Shown here: positions 1 to 11,322 of the stretch, piece by piece
How positions within the stretch are numbered: the stretch's first letter is position 1
Layout of the letters: the number at the start of each line of letters is the position of its first letter
Assembly (NCBI GenBank): GCA_048013815.1
Contig: CM106586.1
Span: 20,088,001 to 20,152,000 of the forward strand
Direction: 5' to 3'
DNA: 64,000 nt
Source: Setoptus koraiensis
Lineage: Eukaryota > Animalia > Arthropoda
Translations under genes and position numbers: made by a program
Notes under the pieces: generated by a model
Told to the model about the DNA's origin: nothing
What the model saw: only the letters and a program-made list of their open reading frames with translations
Databases searched by the model: none

Positions 1-2
1 GA

Positions 3-434
3 TTGCTCAGCCACCATCAATTGAATAATCATGGAATCACACCGGTGACACCCAACAGCCCCTCTGTAAGGGCGGCTGCTGCTGTTGGGTATTCTCACTA
101 TCCAGGACCTAGTTTGGGACCCATCGATGCTTTACCTCCTAGTCTTGATAACGGCGACACCGGATCATCAACCAGTAGTGCCATGGATGTAGATCTCTAT
201 CAATTACAGGTTAATACTTTGCGAAGATATAAACGCCACTTCCGTGTACAAACTCGTCCAGGTTTGAACAAGTTACAATTAGCCGAGTCTTTGAAACGAC
301 ACTTCAAAACAATGCCCATCATTGAGAAAGAGGCTATCACGTACTTTGTTTATATTGTAAAGTGTAAAAAAAACAAGTTAGATCATAATCTTAAAAATTC
401 TAATGCATCCAGCCAAATGAACAATGATGACTGA
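3..434 (+). CDS. SAP30: SAP30/SAP30L, C-terminal Sin3-binding part (5' end outside window)
   Basis: [19 protein letters not shown]...[13 protein letters not shown] matches the SAP30 Sin3-binding domain. The frame is open at the window edge and the N-terminal zinc finger is not present. Confidence 0.9.
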   Translation: MLSHHQLNNHGITPVTPNSPSVRAAAAVGYSHYPGPSLGPIDALPPSLDNGDTGSSTSSAMDVDLYQLQVNTLRRYKRHFRVQTRPGLNKLQLAESLKRHFKTMPIIEKEAITYFVYIVKCKKNKLDHNLKNSNASSQMNNDD

Positions 435-1112
435 AAGCATCCGTCAAACCCTATGATCTGAGACATCTTATGTCTCTATATATCCCCGCTGATTAATTTT
501 TTCAAGAATAAACTATTACAACCCGAGTTGATTGATCAGATTAGCTTTGGACTACGACGAGAAGTGTTTCTAACATGGTAGCCGATTTCGATCATGCGAT
601 TACACATGCATGGTCAATACTTCTTCTAGCTCTAGATTAAATCAGTATATTTATTAAGTCTCATTCAAGTAATTGCACACTACATGTATATGTTGTTATT
701 TCTCTATTGTGACTGTAGACAAATAAAATTCTTACTTTCTCTTGGAGAACCCTTTGTACAAAGTAACAATATTTAGAAACAAAAAAACAGTTCTCTTTTT
801 GAAAAATGCGCTTTCACAACGCATCCCACGTGATACATTTCAACCCAAACAACAAAATATACGACGAAAGATCACATGTAACAAGAAATATACAGTAAAG
901 TGTGTCTAAACGTCGCTTTTTGGGACCCGAATCTATGCGCCAAGAGTAGGAATGTAATTAGGTCACATGGCCCAATCATGTAATCAAGTGAATGTAACAC
1001 CTGAAGAGTTTGCCGTAAGTATCCACGCTTCGAACAATAATATTCAATTAATGAGAAAATTTCCCCTTCATATTCCTACTATCTGATGGACCTTTTTTCT
1101 CTGTAGCATCTT

Positions 1113-1468
1113 ATGCATTCCATTTGTGATAATCTGGACTGTAGCAAGGAAGGTCTAAGGGACGTAATCCGCTCTAAGGCGAGAGAATCCGTCAAGACCA
1201 AACAAGGGTATTTGTCCACTACGCCACTTAGTATAGTAAAGAAAGTCATCTCATCAGGAAACATATATATATCTGACGAAGACAAGGATGACCTCTTAAA
1301 GAATCTCATAAACACTCACGATGTCAGAGACAATGTATACGAAGGAGGATTTAAAACTTGGGAAGGTTCAAAAGACCTCGTCACCTTCTTGGATAGTAGC
1401 CAAGTCTTAAAAACCATATTGGAAAAAACAGAGACAATTAATATCCTCGAACTTGGCGCAGGATCGGC
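1113..1468 (+). CDS. METTL18: Histidine protein methyltransferase (METTL18/Hpm1-like), interrupted by an assembly gap; 3' end unresolved
   Basis: VYEGGFKTWEGSKDL followed by SAM motif I ILELGAGS runs into the N gap. No frame after the gap (from 1969) is clearly METTL18-like. Confidence 0.75.
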
Positions 1469-1968
1469 NNNNNNNNNNNNNNNNNNNNNNNNNNNNNNNN
1501 NNNNNNNNNNNNNNNNNNNNNNNNNNNNNNNNNNNNNNNNNNNNNNNNNNNNNNNNNNNNNNNNNNNNNNNNNNNNNNNNNNNNNNNNNNNNNNNNNNNN
1601 NNNNNNNNNNNNNNNNNNNNNNNNNNNNNNNNNNNNNNNNNNNNNNNNNNNNNNNNNNNNNNNNNNNNNNNNNNNNNNNNNNNNNNNNNNNNNNNNNNNN
1701 NNNNNNNNNNNNNNNNNNNNNNNNNNNNNNNNNNNNNNNNNNNNNNNNNNNNNNNNNNNNNNNNNNNNNNNNNNNNNNNNNNNNNNNNNNNNNNNNNNNN
1801 NNNNNNNNNNNNNNNNNNNNNNNNNNNNNNNNNNNNNNNNNNNNNNNNNNNNNNNNNNNNNNNNNNNNNNNNNNNNNNNNNNNNNNNNNNNNNNNNNNNN
1901 NNNNNNNNNNNNNNNNNNNNNNNNNNNNNNNNNNNNNNNNNNNNNNNNNNNNNNNNNNNNNNNNNNNN
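1469..1968. other. Assembly gap, 500 N
   Basis: Run of N. The round length suggests a placeholder, so the true size is unknown. Confidence 1.
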
Positions 1969-2319
1969 GTGCTCAATGTTTTAGCGCCAAGGAACTAGAT
2001 TCAATGGCACCATTGAGACAACACAACTGAGATATAGTCTTGATTTATAGGATATTAGATTTGGCAACGCCCTGTCTAACATGGTCATGTCATTATCATC
2101 AACATGGTAAGGACGATAGGAGAGACCCTCACGAGGCATTGTACCTAATGTTTCATAATGATGCTACTATGTAAGATTCGCCATTTGCCAACTAGGTTGC
2201 ATGAAACATATTACACAAATAATGACAAACTTTTCGTCCAATATTGGTAGTAGTTCAAGTTACGTATATTCCTCATCACAATCTACTACTCTAGTAAATA
2301 TCAATCAGCAAGATGTTGA

Positions 2320-3375
2320 TTATTTTTTGTTGTCAATTCTACCACGATCATATACATACCACCAATTAGTCGACTGTCTACTGATAGAATTGTATTCTGG
2401 ATAGTCGAAGCTGGTACTTTTAATTGCGGGTGCTATATCCGTGGAGCCTTCAAATGTCTTAATGCTAGTTAATTTGATCGTCGATTGTTGATAATTTTGT
2501 TGACTATTATAAATGTTGTTATTGTTGTCTTTGGATTCGTCAGTGATTCTTGATGAATTTCTTGATGCGTTGAAAAGGCCTCTGTCGAATTCATCCTTGT
2601 TGTTAGCTGTGTTGTTGGCATATTGCGATTTCGTCAGCAGGTGGCCACTGGGCCTTGTAGTACCGTCGTGAGTATGTTGTGACTGATAAATAATAGGATT
2701 GTGCAAATCATAGCTCTGATAGTTCGCCAGGCTAACATCGGGGTTAGCTTTCGAATTTAGATCTTGATAACTGTAATTGGTGGCTGGTAGATTAGAGTCA
2801 TAGGTGAATCTTGTCGTTGTTGTTGTTGTTGTTGGCAGTGTTGTTGCCTCAAATTCAATCTCCGACGGTGGCCTGTATGTTGTCCTAGCTTTGCTGACGT
2901 TTTCTGTCGAATCGTCATGCTGGGTTCCGCTGTAATTGGATTGATTGTCGTTTTTGTTGTTGCTCGAAGGTTGAATGCTGGTAGAATCGCCGCTGACAGA
3001 ATCAACGAAAACTTCATGCGATGGCCATTGTATGGGAGAGGCTACTGGATGCTGCTGGAACCATGACGAAGAAGAGGTCCTCCTATAGGGAAAAGAATTC
3101 TTCTGGTCATGATGACTTGGTACCGATGACTGGTCGCGATAATTGATTGGCTGATCAGTGATGAATGAATAATCTTGTTGGCTGCCATCTTTGCGCACTA
3201 ACTGATGAAACGGTTTAGTATAGTGACTAATTCTTTCGGGCGTATGAAGATTGCCGAGGAACTTTTTCTCGTCGAACACTCTAGTTGTAGTTTGACTAGA
3301 TGAAAAATTAAAGCAAGACAATAAGCTTGCAGTTACGATGACAAAAAAGTACAGCGAATTCATTGTGAAAATCAT
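2320..3375 (-). CDS. Orphan secreted Ser/Thr-rich protein (~350 aa)
   Basis: Long intronless ORF. The first ATGs (3375, 3363) precede a hydrophobic signal peptide (MNSLYFFVIVTASLLSCFNFSSSQ). The body is low-complexity with a poly-Thr tract and ends NWWYVYDRGRIDNKK. No family recognised. Confidence 0.7.
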   Translation of the reverse strand: MIFTMNSLYFFVIVTASLLSCFNFSSSQTTTRVFDEKKFLGNLHTPERISHYTKPFHQLVRKDGSQQDYSFITDQPINYRDQSSVPSHHDQKNSFPYRRTSSSSWFQQHPVASPIQWPSHEVFVDSVSGDSTSIQPSSNNKNDNQSNYSGTQHDDSTENVSKARTTYRPPSEIEFEATTLPTTTTTTTRFTYDSNLPATNYSYQDLNSKANPDVSLANYQSYDLHNPIIYQSQHTHDGTTRPSGHLLTKSQYANNTANNKDEFDRGLFNASRNSSRITDESKDNNNNIYNSQQNYQQSTIKLTSIKTFEGSTDIAPAIKSTSFDYPEYNSISRQSTNWWYVYDRGRIDNKK

Positions 3376-3929
3376 TTGCGTGTGTTCTGTTGCATTGGAA
3401 GGATTTATTCTTGTAAAAGTTTGAGAGGATATAGTACATGTTGATGAGCACAAACTATAGAGTGATTGGAATCTATGCGGAAAATAACTTCGGTTGGTCG
3501 GTCGGTCACCCAAAGAGCCTATTCTATCCAGCTTATTGAGATGCGCACAACTTTAGACAGATCTGCGCATTTGAGCATTTGGCATCGTCAAGTAGGACTT
3601 TGTTGGATCTCTGTATGTTTGTTTCATTCTTCGCGAATGTTATGTGATACCCGTTGCATTGTTGGATTCTGACTTATAAGGCAGATCGCACGAACCTATT
3701 AAAAATCCATGGCCAAGGAACTGAAACTCAATGTAATGTTTGTGTCATCGATGGTCATGTTTATTAGCATCGAAATAAATACATCAGTTGTGGTGATAAT
3801 ATAGTTGGTTCATACGGAGCACCTATATGGTTCCAAAATTTCGATACTACTCGGCCACACGTACTAAAAGTTATGCAGATATCAATTGAACATCCATGGA
3901 ATAACTTACTTGGCTGAACTTCAAAATGT

Positions 3930-5849
3930 CTATACAACAACATCTTGAGAGCCCTCTTCAACGCACTCCTTCTTCTTTGGTAGCTCTGACTCTTCGTCAC
4001 ATTTACGCTTAGCATTTTCTTTTACTATTGTTTGTTTATCTGATACGAGATCATCTTCTTTGTGGATTGTGTTTTCATCGATTTTAATTATGATACAAGT
4101 CATATTATCACATCCCGTTCCATCTCCTGAAGTGTCGTCCGCTAGACAATGGTGGAAAATCTCCTCGCAAATTGTAGAAAGTTTTTCAGCTTTTTCTATT
4201 CGCGGCTTTATAAAATCAACTACGTCTTGGCTACTCATAGAATTCCATATTCCATCACAGGCAAGGACAACAAAAGAATCTTTTTTGGGATCTATTTCGC
4301 ATTTCTTGACATCTGGCAGAGCAGTAATCATTTGCTCACGGTAGGATAATTTTTCGTTACATTTGTATGAATAGTCACCGATTGCCCTTGATAGATTGAG
4401 ACCTCCATTAACTCGACCGTCCTCTGTAATCTTTCCACCCGCATGAAGTATACGGTCAGATTCAATCTTGTCTTCAGGTTTATGGTCCTGGCTCATTTCC
4501 AGAGCTGCACCATCGCGACACACAACACAGCGAGAGTCTCCGGCATTAGCCACATACAATGTGTTTCCTCTGAATAAGGCAACTACAGCTGTACATCCAC
4601 TATCTTTTCCTGGAGTAGCAGTATATCTAGTGGGATCAGGGCCGTCTTCTTCCTCTTCTTCTTGATCTTCCCATTGATCTTCCTCGTCCTCGTCGTCCTC
4701 TTGTTCATCTTCGTCTGAGTCTTTATTTGTGTTAGTGCCCTTTCTTTTAAATTTTCTCAATCTGTGTCGTGCTGACTCGAACATATCGTCAATATCGTCA
4801 TCATCCTCATCGTCTCCGTCATCATCATCGTCGTCATCGTCATCATCATTGCTTGAATCTAGATCCTCGCTATCGAAATCGCTGCCCTCGCTAGAATCAT
4901 CATCATCGTCATCACTTGACATGAGCAATGATAGTGCCAGACGGGTTGATTCGGCGTGGTCAGAAGTAGAGGTGGAAGACGAAGGACCCTCCCCGGGCTT
5001 AGATTCAGAGCTCTCGCCTGTCATCTCCTCGTCTTGATTGGTTTCTTGTTTTGATGAAGAGGACCCCGAGGGCTCGTCACTAGATATTGTGTTCGACTTA
5101 GAGGCAGTTGAAGACTCCTGCTGATTAGAAGTCTCTATTGAGCTTCCCGCTGCGATTTGTACATCTTTTTCTCGAGTAGTGTCACCACCGACACTGGAGG
5201 AGGAACAAGCTGATGATTTTGAGGATGCTGATGAAGTATTTCCTTTTACACTCTTAATCATGGGAGAATTGGGTATTATTTTTTTAGCGATAATATTCTT
5301 AAAAAGGGGTAACATTTTAGAAGTGTTCTTGTCGCGAACATATTTGCGAAGCAACTCTTCTATGGGCAGTTCGGCCTCCTGCTTGAGGACTGAGGCGTCT
5401 ACGTCTTCGACGACTGAACTTCTACCGTTAAGTTTAGAACCCGATGGCCCTGGGTCGCTCGTGCCAGGTTGATCATCATCATCATCGATTGTGGCTTGTT
5501 GTTCTGCTATCTCAGCTAATTTTTTTGCCACGACTGGATCCTTCAAAGAGTAGTCAAACTCAACAAATGACTCTTGGAGGGCCTTCTCAATGTTGCCCTC
5601 CTGATAGAGTTCATGACTTTTGATGTAGTTAGGTAAATTCTCTGAAGTATAAATGGCCACCTCGGACCCTCCGTGCCCATCATAGACGGCAAATAATGCT
5701 GAGCCTTTGTCGTAATCTAATATACAAGAATGGGCGTCCTCATTGGATATTCTCCAGCCCTGCATCGACGATGCCCCGTATTTGAATCTGGTTGATTCAT
5801 CATCAACCGAGTGAGTTGCTTTGTCAGGCTCGCTTAGATAGGCGCCCAT
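3930..5849 (-). CDS. PPM1G: Protein phosphatase 1G (PP2C-gamma), intronless, 639 aa
   Basis: MGAYLSEP myristoylation-type start, QGWR, DGHGG, a long acidic insertion, SGCTAVV, NAGDSR, LACDGIW and GCDNMT. Confidence 0.96.
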   Translation of the reverse strand: MGAYLSEPDKATHSVDDESTRFKYGASSMQGWRISNEDAHSCILDYDKGSALFAVYDGHGGSEVAIYTSENLPNYIKSHELYQEGNIEKALQESFVEFDYSLKDPVVAKKLAEIAEQQATIDDDDDQPGTSDPGPSGSKLNGRSSVVEDVDASVLKQEAELPIEELLRKYVRDKNTSKMLPLFKNIIAKKIIPNSPMIKSVKGNTSSASSKSSACSSSSVGGDTTREKDVQIAAGSSIETSNQQESSTASKSNTISSDEPSGSSSSKQETNQDEEMTGESSESKPGEGPSSSTSTSDHAESTRLALSLLMSSDDDDDDSSEGSDFDSEDLDSSNDDDDDDDDDDGDDEDDDDIDDMFESARHRLRKFKRKGTNTNKDSDEDEQEDDEDEEDQWEDQEEEEEDGPDPTRYTATPGKDSGCTAVVALFRGNTLYVANAGDSRCVVCRDGAALEMSQDHKPEDKIESDRILHAGGKITEDGRVNGGLNLSRAIGDYSYKCNEKLSYREQMITALPDVKKCEIDPKKDSFVVLACDGIWNSMSSQDVVDFIKPRIEKAEKLSTICEEIFHHCLADDTSGDGTGCDNMTCIIIKIDENTIHKEDDLVSDKQTIVKENAKRKCDEESELPKKKECVEEGSQDVVV

Positions 5850-7135
5850 GACTCGCTAGTGTTGATGAGTTTTTAATGACTTGATGTGCGGCCAAGAATG
5901 TTCGTGTCAATGTTAGTATTGTTGTTGTTTATGCTGTTGTTGATTACAGAATAGTAATAGGTGACGATGACAACGATCCTCTTCTTAGTTCGCCTGGAGA
6001 AGTCTTGTGTCAGTCAGATATAGATCAATTGGATTGTTTGGACATTATCTTCGGCATGTGATAAATGTTGTTGTTAGATGATAAATAAATGTTTTAGTAG
6101 TTGTTGGTGTGTATAGTCTGAACGGCGAATGATCTGGTTGGAACGTAGGCACTTGACAAAATGGTTTTGGGTGGCCACTGTTTAGTTTCAATGTGAGTGA
6201 GTGCGTAACGTCGTGATTGGCAAAGAATTATAAACGTGCATGCCAACAACTTTGATTGGTTTTAAGCAAAAGGATTCAAGCTTTACAAATCCAAAAAATA
6301 AATGTTTTTACTTCCGAATCACAGCCCGAATCCCCATGTGAATCGGAGGCGCCAATTTTGAATGTTATCGAAATCAGATTTCGGAAATCTGTGTAGATTG
6401 TGCAGTGGAAGTCTTATTATAAATCGAACATTTTTATAGCATATGGTTTGTACGGGAGTGATGCCACTGCCAAACCAAGAGACAGATGTTAACTCTATTA
6501 TGGTTAGATCACAACTCTCTTGTTTATTCTAATGAGCAATAAATACAAGAATAGAATAAGTGATAATATTATTATATAAATATGATGTCACCTAATAGTC
6601 TCCTGGAGAGCACGCTCAATAATCTATAAAGAGCGCCAGACCTTGAAACTAGTCATCTTACAAGGTCATCTTGTTAGTCTCTCTTGCGCGAGCTGGACAC
6701 TTTGTTACTTGTGCTAAAATGGACGACATTTACACGTGCAAAATGGAGAGTGAGACGCGCAGTGGGATTCAGTTCGATAATCGAATGGCACTCACGTGTT
6801 GTAATATCTGAAAACAACGTGTTCACATATTTGTTCTACAAAGCTTTCGAAGGGGCGACCCCTGGTGCAAGACCATCACAGATTTCGATATTACTCAAAG
6901 TTGGCGCCTCCATTTATTTTATGGATTTGTCAAGCTCAAAAAGTTTTGGCAAAAATCGCTCAAAGTTATTGGCATACACGTTTGAAAATCATTGCAAATC
7001 ACGGCGTCACCCACTCGAATAAACTAATACTAAACCGTGGCCACCCAAAACCATTTTGTCAAGTCCATACATCCCAATCTGACCATTCACCGTTCAGACT
7101 ATACACACCAACAACTACCGGAACATTTACACAAT

Positions 7136-7387
7136 ATGGACAACTCTAGTAATGAGAAAACCAAAAACAAGTCTATCGATAGATTTCTTCGCAGAGGAGA
7201 GCCATTCTTGCTGGAGGAACTAGCTAAAAAAGATGACACTGTATATTGTCTCGTTCGTTGGGGAGTCCCAAATACAGGTAAATACAAAAAATTATATCTC
7301 GACTATCAACATGTTTCGAAGAAATGGCCTGAGCTGCTCATCGACTATCTAACCAATCGTTGCCAGTTTGTAGACATTCCTGAATGA
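7136..7387 (+). CDS. Small HP1-like protein consisting only of a chromo shadow domain (83 aa)
   Basis: From ATG 7136: DRFLRRGEPFLLEELAKKDDTVYCLVRW...KKWPELLIDYLTNRCQF aligns by eye to the HP1 shadow domain (RGLEPERI...LMFLMKW...KCPQVVISFYEERLTW). Confidence 0.65.
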   Translation: MDNSSNEKTKNKSIDRFLRRGEPFLLEELAKKDDTVYCLVRWGVPNTGKYKKLYLDYQHVSKKWPELLIDYLTNRCQFVDIPE

Positions 7388-7518
7388 TTCCTTAACAACA
7401 TCGATATTTAGTGATAGCAATAAAATATCTGTGACTTGAAAACTCATAGCTACATGGAAGATGTCAAATTGAATATAGTTGACAAAATTTATTGTTTATA
7501 ATTCAACTTGTTGATCAA

Positions 7519-9591
7519 TCAGTCAGAGGGTACAAACTCAACATATCTCGGTCCTTTGTTTATAGATATTTCACCATAGCTGTCACCGGTGTCGGCTTGG
7601 CATAGGCTGACGGCTTGTTGCTTTTTTAGAACTAACAATGAGAAGAAATGCTGAGCAACCTGCTTACGTCGATAGTTGCGGCATAGATTTGAGAATTGCA
7701 GGGTTCCTTCGTTGAGTCTTTGAGCCATCAATTGCAGTAGGATATGTGTACGTCTATTTCTTATTCTTTCCTCATATTGTTCTTCTGTCTCTCCAACATT
7801 CATGGCATCTTCCACAGGGCCATCATCCTCTTCTTCCTCATTATTGTAGGCAGCAGGCTGCTGAAATAGATCACTATTCTGGTCTCTGAGGTCATCTAGA
7901 TCGGATCCTTGCGTTTCAAACGGCAAGGGGGATGCTGTGCGCTGTTGGGATACCTTTTTAGTTGGTGATTTCTGTTTCTCAGAGGGCTGTTCTGGTTCAG
8001 TTCGCGCCCTTTTCTTCTTTGGCGATGTGCGGTTTTGTTGTTGTGTGGTGTTTTCGCGGTAAGCTGCTGGGGTCTTTGGAGTTTTTGGTGGCAAAAGGTC
8101 TGTACTGAAGTCTGATGATTCTAAGTAACTAACTTCAGGCATTTGACCAGGAAGATCTCCTTCGAATCCGAAACTCGGTGCTGCAAATGAATCCATATTG
8201 TGTCCATTGAGTGTATTGTTCACGAAACTATCTGGGCGCGCTACAGAAGGCAATTCGCCCTCTGCGGCGTCGTGGTCTAGCTTAGATGATATAAGGTTTC
8301 TCGAGTAATGCTCAATTAAGATTTTTGATAAAATATGACACTCTGGCATTGAAAATAATTTATCTACATTTGCCGATCTTTTAACTTCCATAAGTTGTTT
8401 GGATGGTGGCGCTAGATCAAGAGCCGTGACAATATCTTTAGTATCGGACAGCTGTGCCTTAATCTCTTCTCCGGACAATGTCTTGATGTCATCAACAACA
8501 ATACCGAGTTTTTTCCTTCGTTTCCTTCTTGGTGCTAAGCCATGGCCGTCTTGAACCACAGGATCTAATACCATGGAGTCTGGCAGTTGATTTTGATCGG
8601 CGGGTTGATTTGCGGCTGATTCTGGTCTATCCTCTTCTGGAATGGTTGGTAAGTTGCCGTTTGTCCTAACGTCATCAGCGACATTATTTAGTAAGTTTTC
8701 ACCTGCACCACCGAGGTCCGGTCCCATATCCATCGGCAGATCACGCATCGAATCGAATGGTCCTTGGACATTATCTATATCTGCATTATCAAAGGCCCCC
8801 ATGCCACCTGGTGTTGATGGTGGACCTGAGTCTGCCATAGAGGGGGCGGCACTCATGTCAGAACCGATACTAGCTCTAGACATGGGTCTTTCTTCTTCAT
8901 GGGCCATATCGTTCTCTACAGGATCCTCGCTTAATTTTGGAGCGCCATTAGCATCTATATCGACTTGGAAGAATTCATCATCAGGCAAAGGTGGTGCACC
9001 TAGTTCTCCACCAAATCCGTCATCATTGACATTGGCATCAAGCTGTTGTAGAGCTTTGGCACCAGAAACATTGCTAATGTTACGTGCGGTGGACACCTCA
9101 CAATGGTTACCCCATTGATAGTCAGACATAAAGGTGTCATCTGCCATAGCAACATCTTCAGATAGTGTGATATTACGATGATTTGTAGTGTTGACTACTG
9201 GATCAATCAATGCGGGTGGTTCAATAAGATCGAAGTTGGCAACAAAATCCAACATTTCTGGTAGGGTGATAGCTGTAACAGCGGCCTCTTGTTTTCCTTC
9301 TGGCAGATCAACAGCACCTGGTCTAAAGGCCGAGCGAATCTTGTATGCCGCATCTTGGCAATCCTGTAATAAATAAACTGTCTTCCTGGCATAAATTCTG
9401 ACAATACCGAGCAACAAATGTGATGATGTACGCAATGACAATTTTATTCTCGGCTGTAATATGGAGTCGACACTTTCCACAATATTTGTCTCTTGGATCT
9501 GTGATTTGGTAATTTTTTTGTCCCAATGAGCGGCCAACCAGACACGTGCTAGCGGGCCCTTTTTGCCCAATACAAATACTGAGTAAAACAT
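7519..9591 (-). CDS. RAD21: Cohesin kleisin RAD21, intronless, 690 aa
   Basis: MFYSVFVLGKKGPLARVWLAAHWDKK N-terminal domain, central RKRRKKLGIVVD region and C-terminal winged helix (KQVAQHFFSLLVLKK). Confidence 0.97.
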   Translation of the reverse strand: MFYSVFVLGKKGPLARVWLAAHWDKKITKSQIQETNIVESVDSILQPRIKLSLRTSSHLLLGIVRIYARKTVYLLQDCQDAAYKIRSAFRPGAVDLPEGKQEAAVTAITLPEMLDFVANFDLIEPPALIDPVVNTTNHRNITLSEDVAMADDTFMSDYQWGNHCEVSTARNISNVSGAKALQQLDANVNDDGFGGELGAPPLPDDEFFQVDIDANGAPKLSEDPVENDMAHEEERPMSRASIGSDMSAAPSMADSGPPSTPGGMGAFDNADIDNVQGPFDSMRDLPMDMGPDLGGAGENLLNNVADDVRTNGNLPTIPEEDRPESAANQPADQNQLPDSMVLDPVVQDGHGLAPRRKRRKKLGIVVDDIKTLSGEEIKAQLSDTKDIVTALDLAPPSKQLMEVKRSANVDKLFSMPECHILSKILIEHYSRNLISSKLDHDAAEGELPSVARPDSFVNNTLNGHNMDSFAAPSFGFEGDLPGQMPEVSYLESSDFSTDLLPPKTPKTPAAYRENTTQQQNRTSPKKKRARTEPEQPSEKQKSPTKKVSQQRTASPLPFETQGSDLDDLRDQNSDLFQQPAAYNNEEEEDDGPVEDAMNVGETEEQYEERIRNRRTHILLQLMAQRLNEGTLQFSNLCRNYRRKQVAQHFFSLLVLKKQQAVSLCQADTGDSYGEISINKGPRYVEFVPSD

Positions 9592-9706
9592 TGCGATATC
9601 TTTTTAATCTATTGATAGTGATTATATATAGTATTATATAATATAATAATATGATCTACAATATAAATATATACGTTAGAAAAGATTATTCTCAAATTGT
9701 AAGCAC

Positions 9707-9707
<1 letters not shown>

Positions 9708-9737
<30 letters not shown>
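9708..9737. repeat. (AC)15 microsatellite
   Basis: Perfect dinucleotide run ~120 bp upstream of the RAD21 ATG. Confidence 0.95.
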
Positions 9738-9744
<7 letters not shown>

Positions 9745-10979
9745 TATGTATGCGCGCGATCGAACAGCAAATGCTATGTATATTATGGAAGAAGCAACTA
9801 TTCGACCAGCAATATTCTTAATTTCACCCCCTCCCCCCTTCTAGGAGACCAGTAAACAAGCGTATATGTATAGGGTGATGCAAACAACTCTTGTGACTGC
9901 AGCACACACTGTGCAGCACACAGTCACAGGATGTTAAACGAGCGCTCTGTGTGCACCATTAGAGGATGCATAGCCGTTGAGTTTCCGTGCTCTCATACCC
10001 GTACCACACCCCAAAACGTCTCAAGGGCAATAGACATCAGCAACATCGTGTACCCGTCACAACTGCAGACTAGTGAACCAAACACTGTAAATGCCCAATC
10101 CGGACAGTTGCGGGTTTGGGCGCGTCAAGTTTGACTAGACCATCTCTTGCCGTGCCCGCAACGAATTCCGGACCCCGTATCTAGATATCTGAGGTCCCGA
10201 GGGGGTATGGTGCATGTCGTGCGCCTGAGCATGCTCCCTGTGCCTCAGATAGAATGGTATATTAGAATTTGCTATTCGTTCTGCACAGCCCACACTTTTG
10301 AATCACTGTGTATCGCCTCGAGTTCCTCTTTCGCTGTCAACTGCAGATTGCCCGCGCCTTTGCTTTCTGTATATCTGCATCTTGTTACTGGATTCTTGTA
10401 TCATCACCAGTACTGCCAATACTGCGCTGCACATGAGACCTGTGCGCTGTTTTGCAGTCGTCAATGTAGTGTGTCTGTATTCAAGTGTGCATGTTATACG
10501 TGTATACGGTGTTGCAAAATTGAGATGCTGTGCGCATCCGCACAAACATGACGATATTGGGTGTGTGCAATGAATGCTACAACTTGCAAGGAGTGTAACG
10601 GGTACTCATTCTCGCAGAGTTTTCCAACTGAAATTCTTTCAATAGAGCAATGTAATGATTGGGTACACAATGTACCCCGTACCCTAGTCTTGTGCTTGAA
10701 ATCCCGCGCTCGTCGCTATCAGCCTACAGGCTTACGTTCTTCTAATGTGTCTACACCAGTTTATGGAATATCCGCCAGAGGCGCTTGCCTCGATATGGAA
10801 AAGGACAACCGAGCCCCAAGTGTTCTAATAAATGTTTCTTCTTTAGGATTACCCGCGTAGAGATAGGATTGGAAACCGTGGCGGATTTCTTTATAAAACA
10901 GTGCAGAAACATTAGAAAAAGTTAACACAGTACATGGAAATTAGTGAAGAGTTGCAACTAAGTCTGATTGCAAAAAGCT

Positions 10980-11051
10980 GGGTCCGGCCGGGGATTGAAC
11001 CCGGGACCTCTCGCACCCAAAGCGAGAATCATACCACTAGACCACCGAACC
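10980..11051 (-). tRNA. tRNA-Pro(TGG)
   Basis: Reverse complement GGTTCGGTGGTCTAGTGGTATGATTCTCGCTTTGGGTGCGAGAGGTCCCGGGTTCAATCCCCGGCCGGACCC: 72 nt, full cloverleaf, TGG anticodon, TTC T-loop, and a T5 Pol III terminator 3 nt downstream (10972-10976). Confidence 0.97.
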
Positions 11052-11322
11052 TGGTGAATGCATAATGATAATAAACCAGGTCGTCATCACAGAGTTGCTC
11101 GACGCACATGTACCAAATCATGTTGTGTCTAGTTTTGTTCATCAAACATACAGAATAACATAAACAAACAAATAAATAATTAATGAAAAGGAAAAAAGAG
11201 GTAATCTTTCATTTTATCACTTCGTTGGCCGTCGGCACTTATACTTGAAAATCATGTTAGAATATTCTCTAGTCCAACAATTCCCTTCTAGTCAATGAGT
11301 TGATGCGATCGGATGCGACCCA

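Noticed and set aside
1969-2030. Post-gap frames as the METTL18 C-terminus
   Set aside because: The gap length is arbitrary, so the frame is unknown, and neither VLNVLAPRN* nor AQCFSAKE... contains the expected YFGVGG motif.
4060-9376. Antisense ORFs over PPM1G and RAD21 (e.g. 4729-5037, 8642-9118)
   Set aside because: They are shadow ORFs of real coding strands, with Ser-rich products mirroring acidic tracts.
9931-10860. Cys-rich ORFs (10147-10551, 10298-10573, 10561-10860)
   Set aside because: Mostly non-ATG starts, overlapping frames, and Cys content explained by TG-rich composition; no domain recognised.
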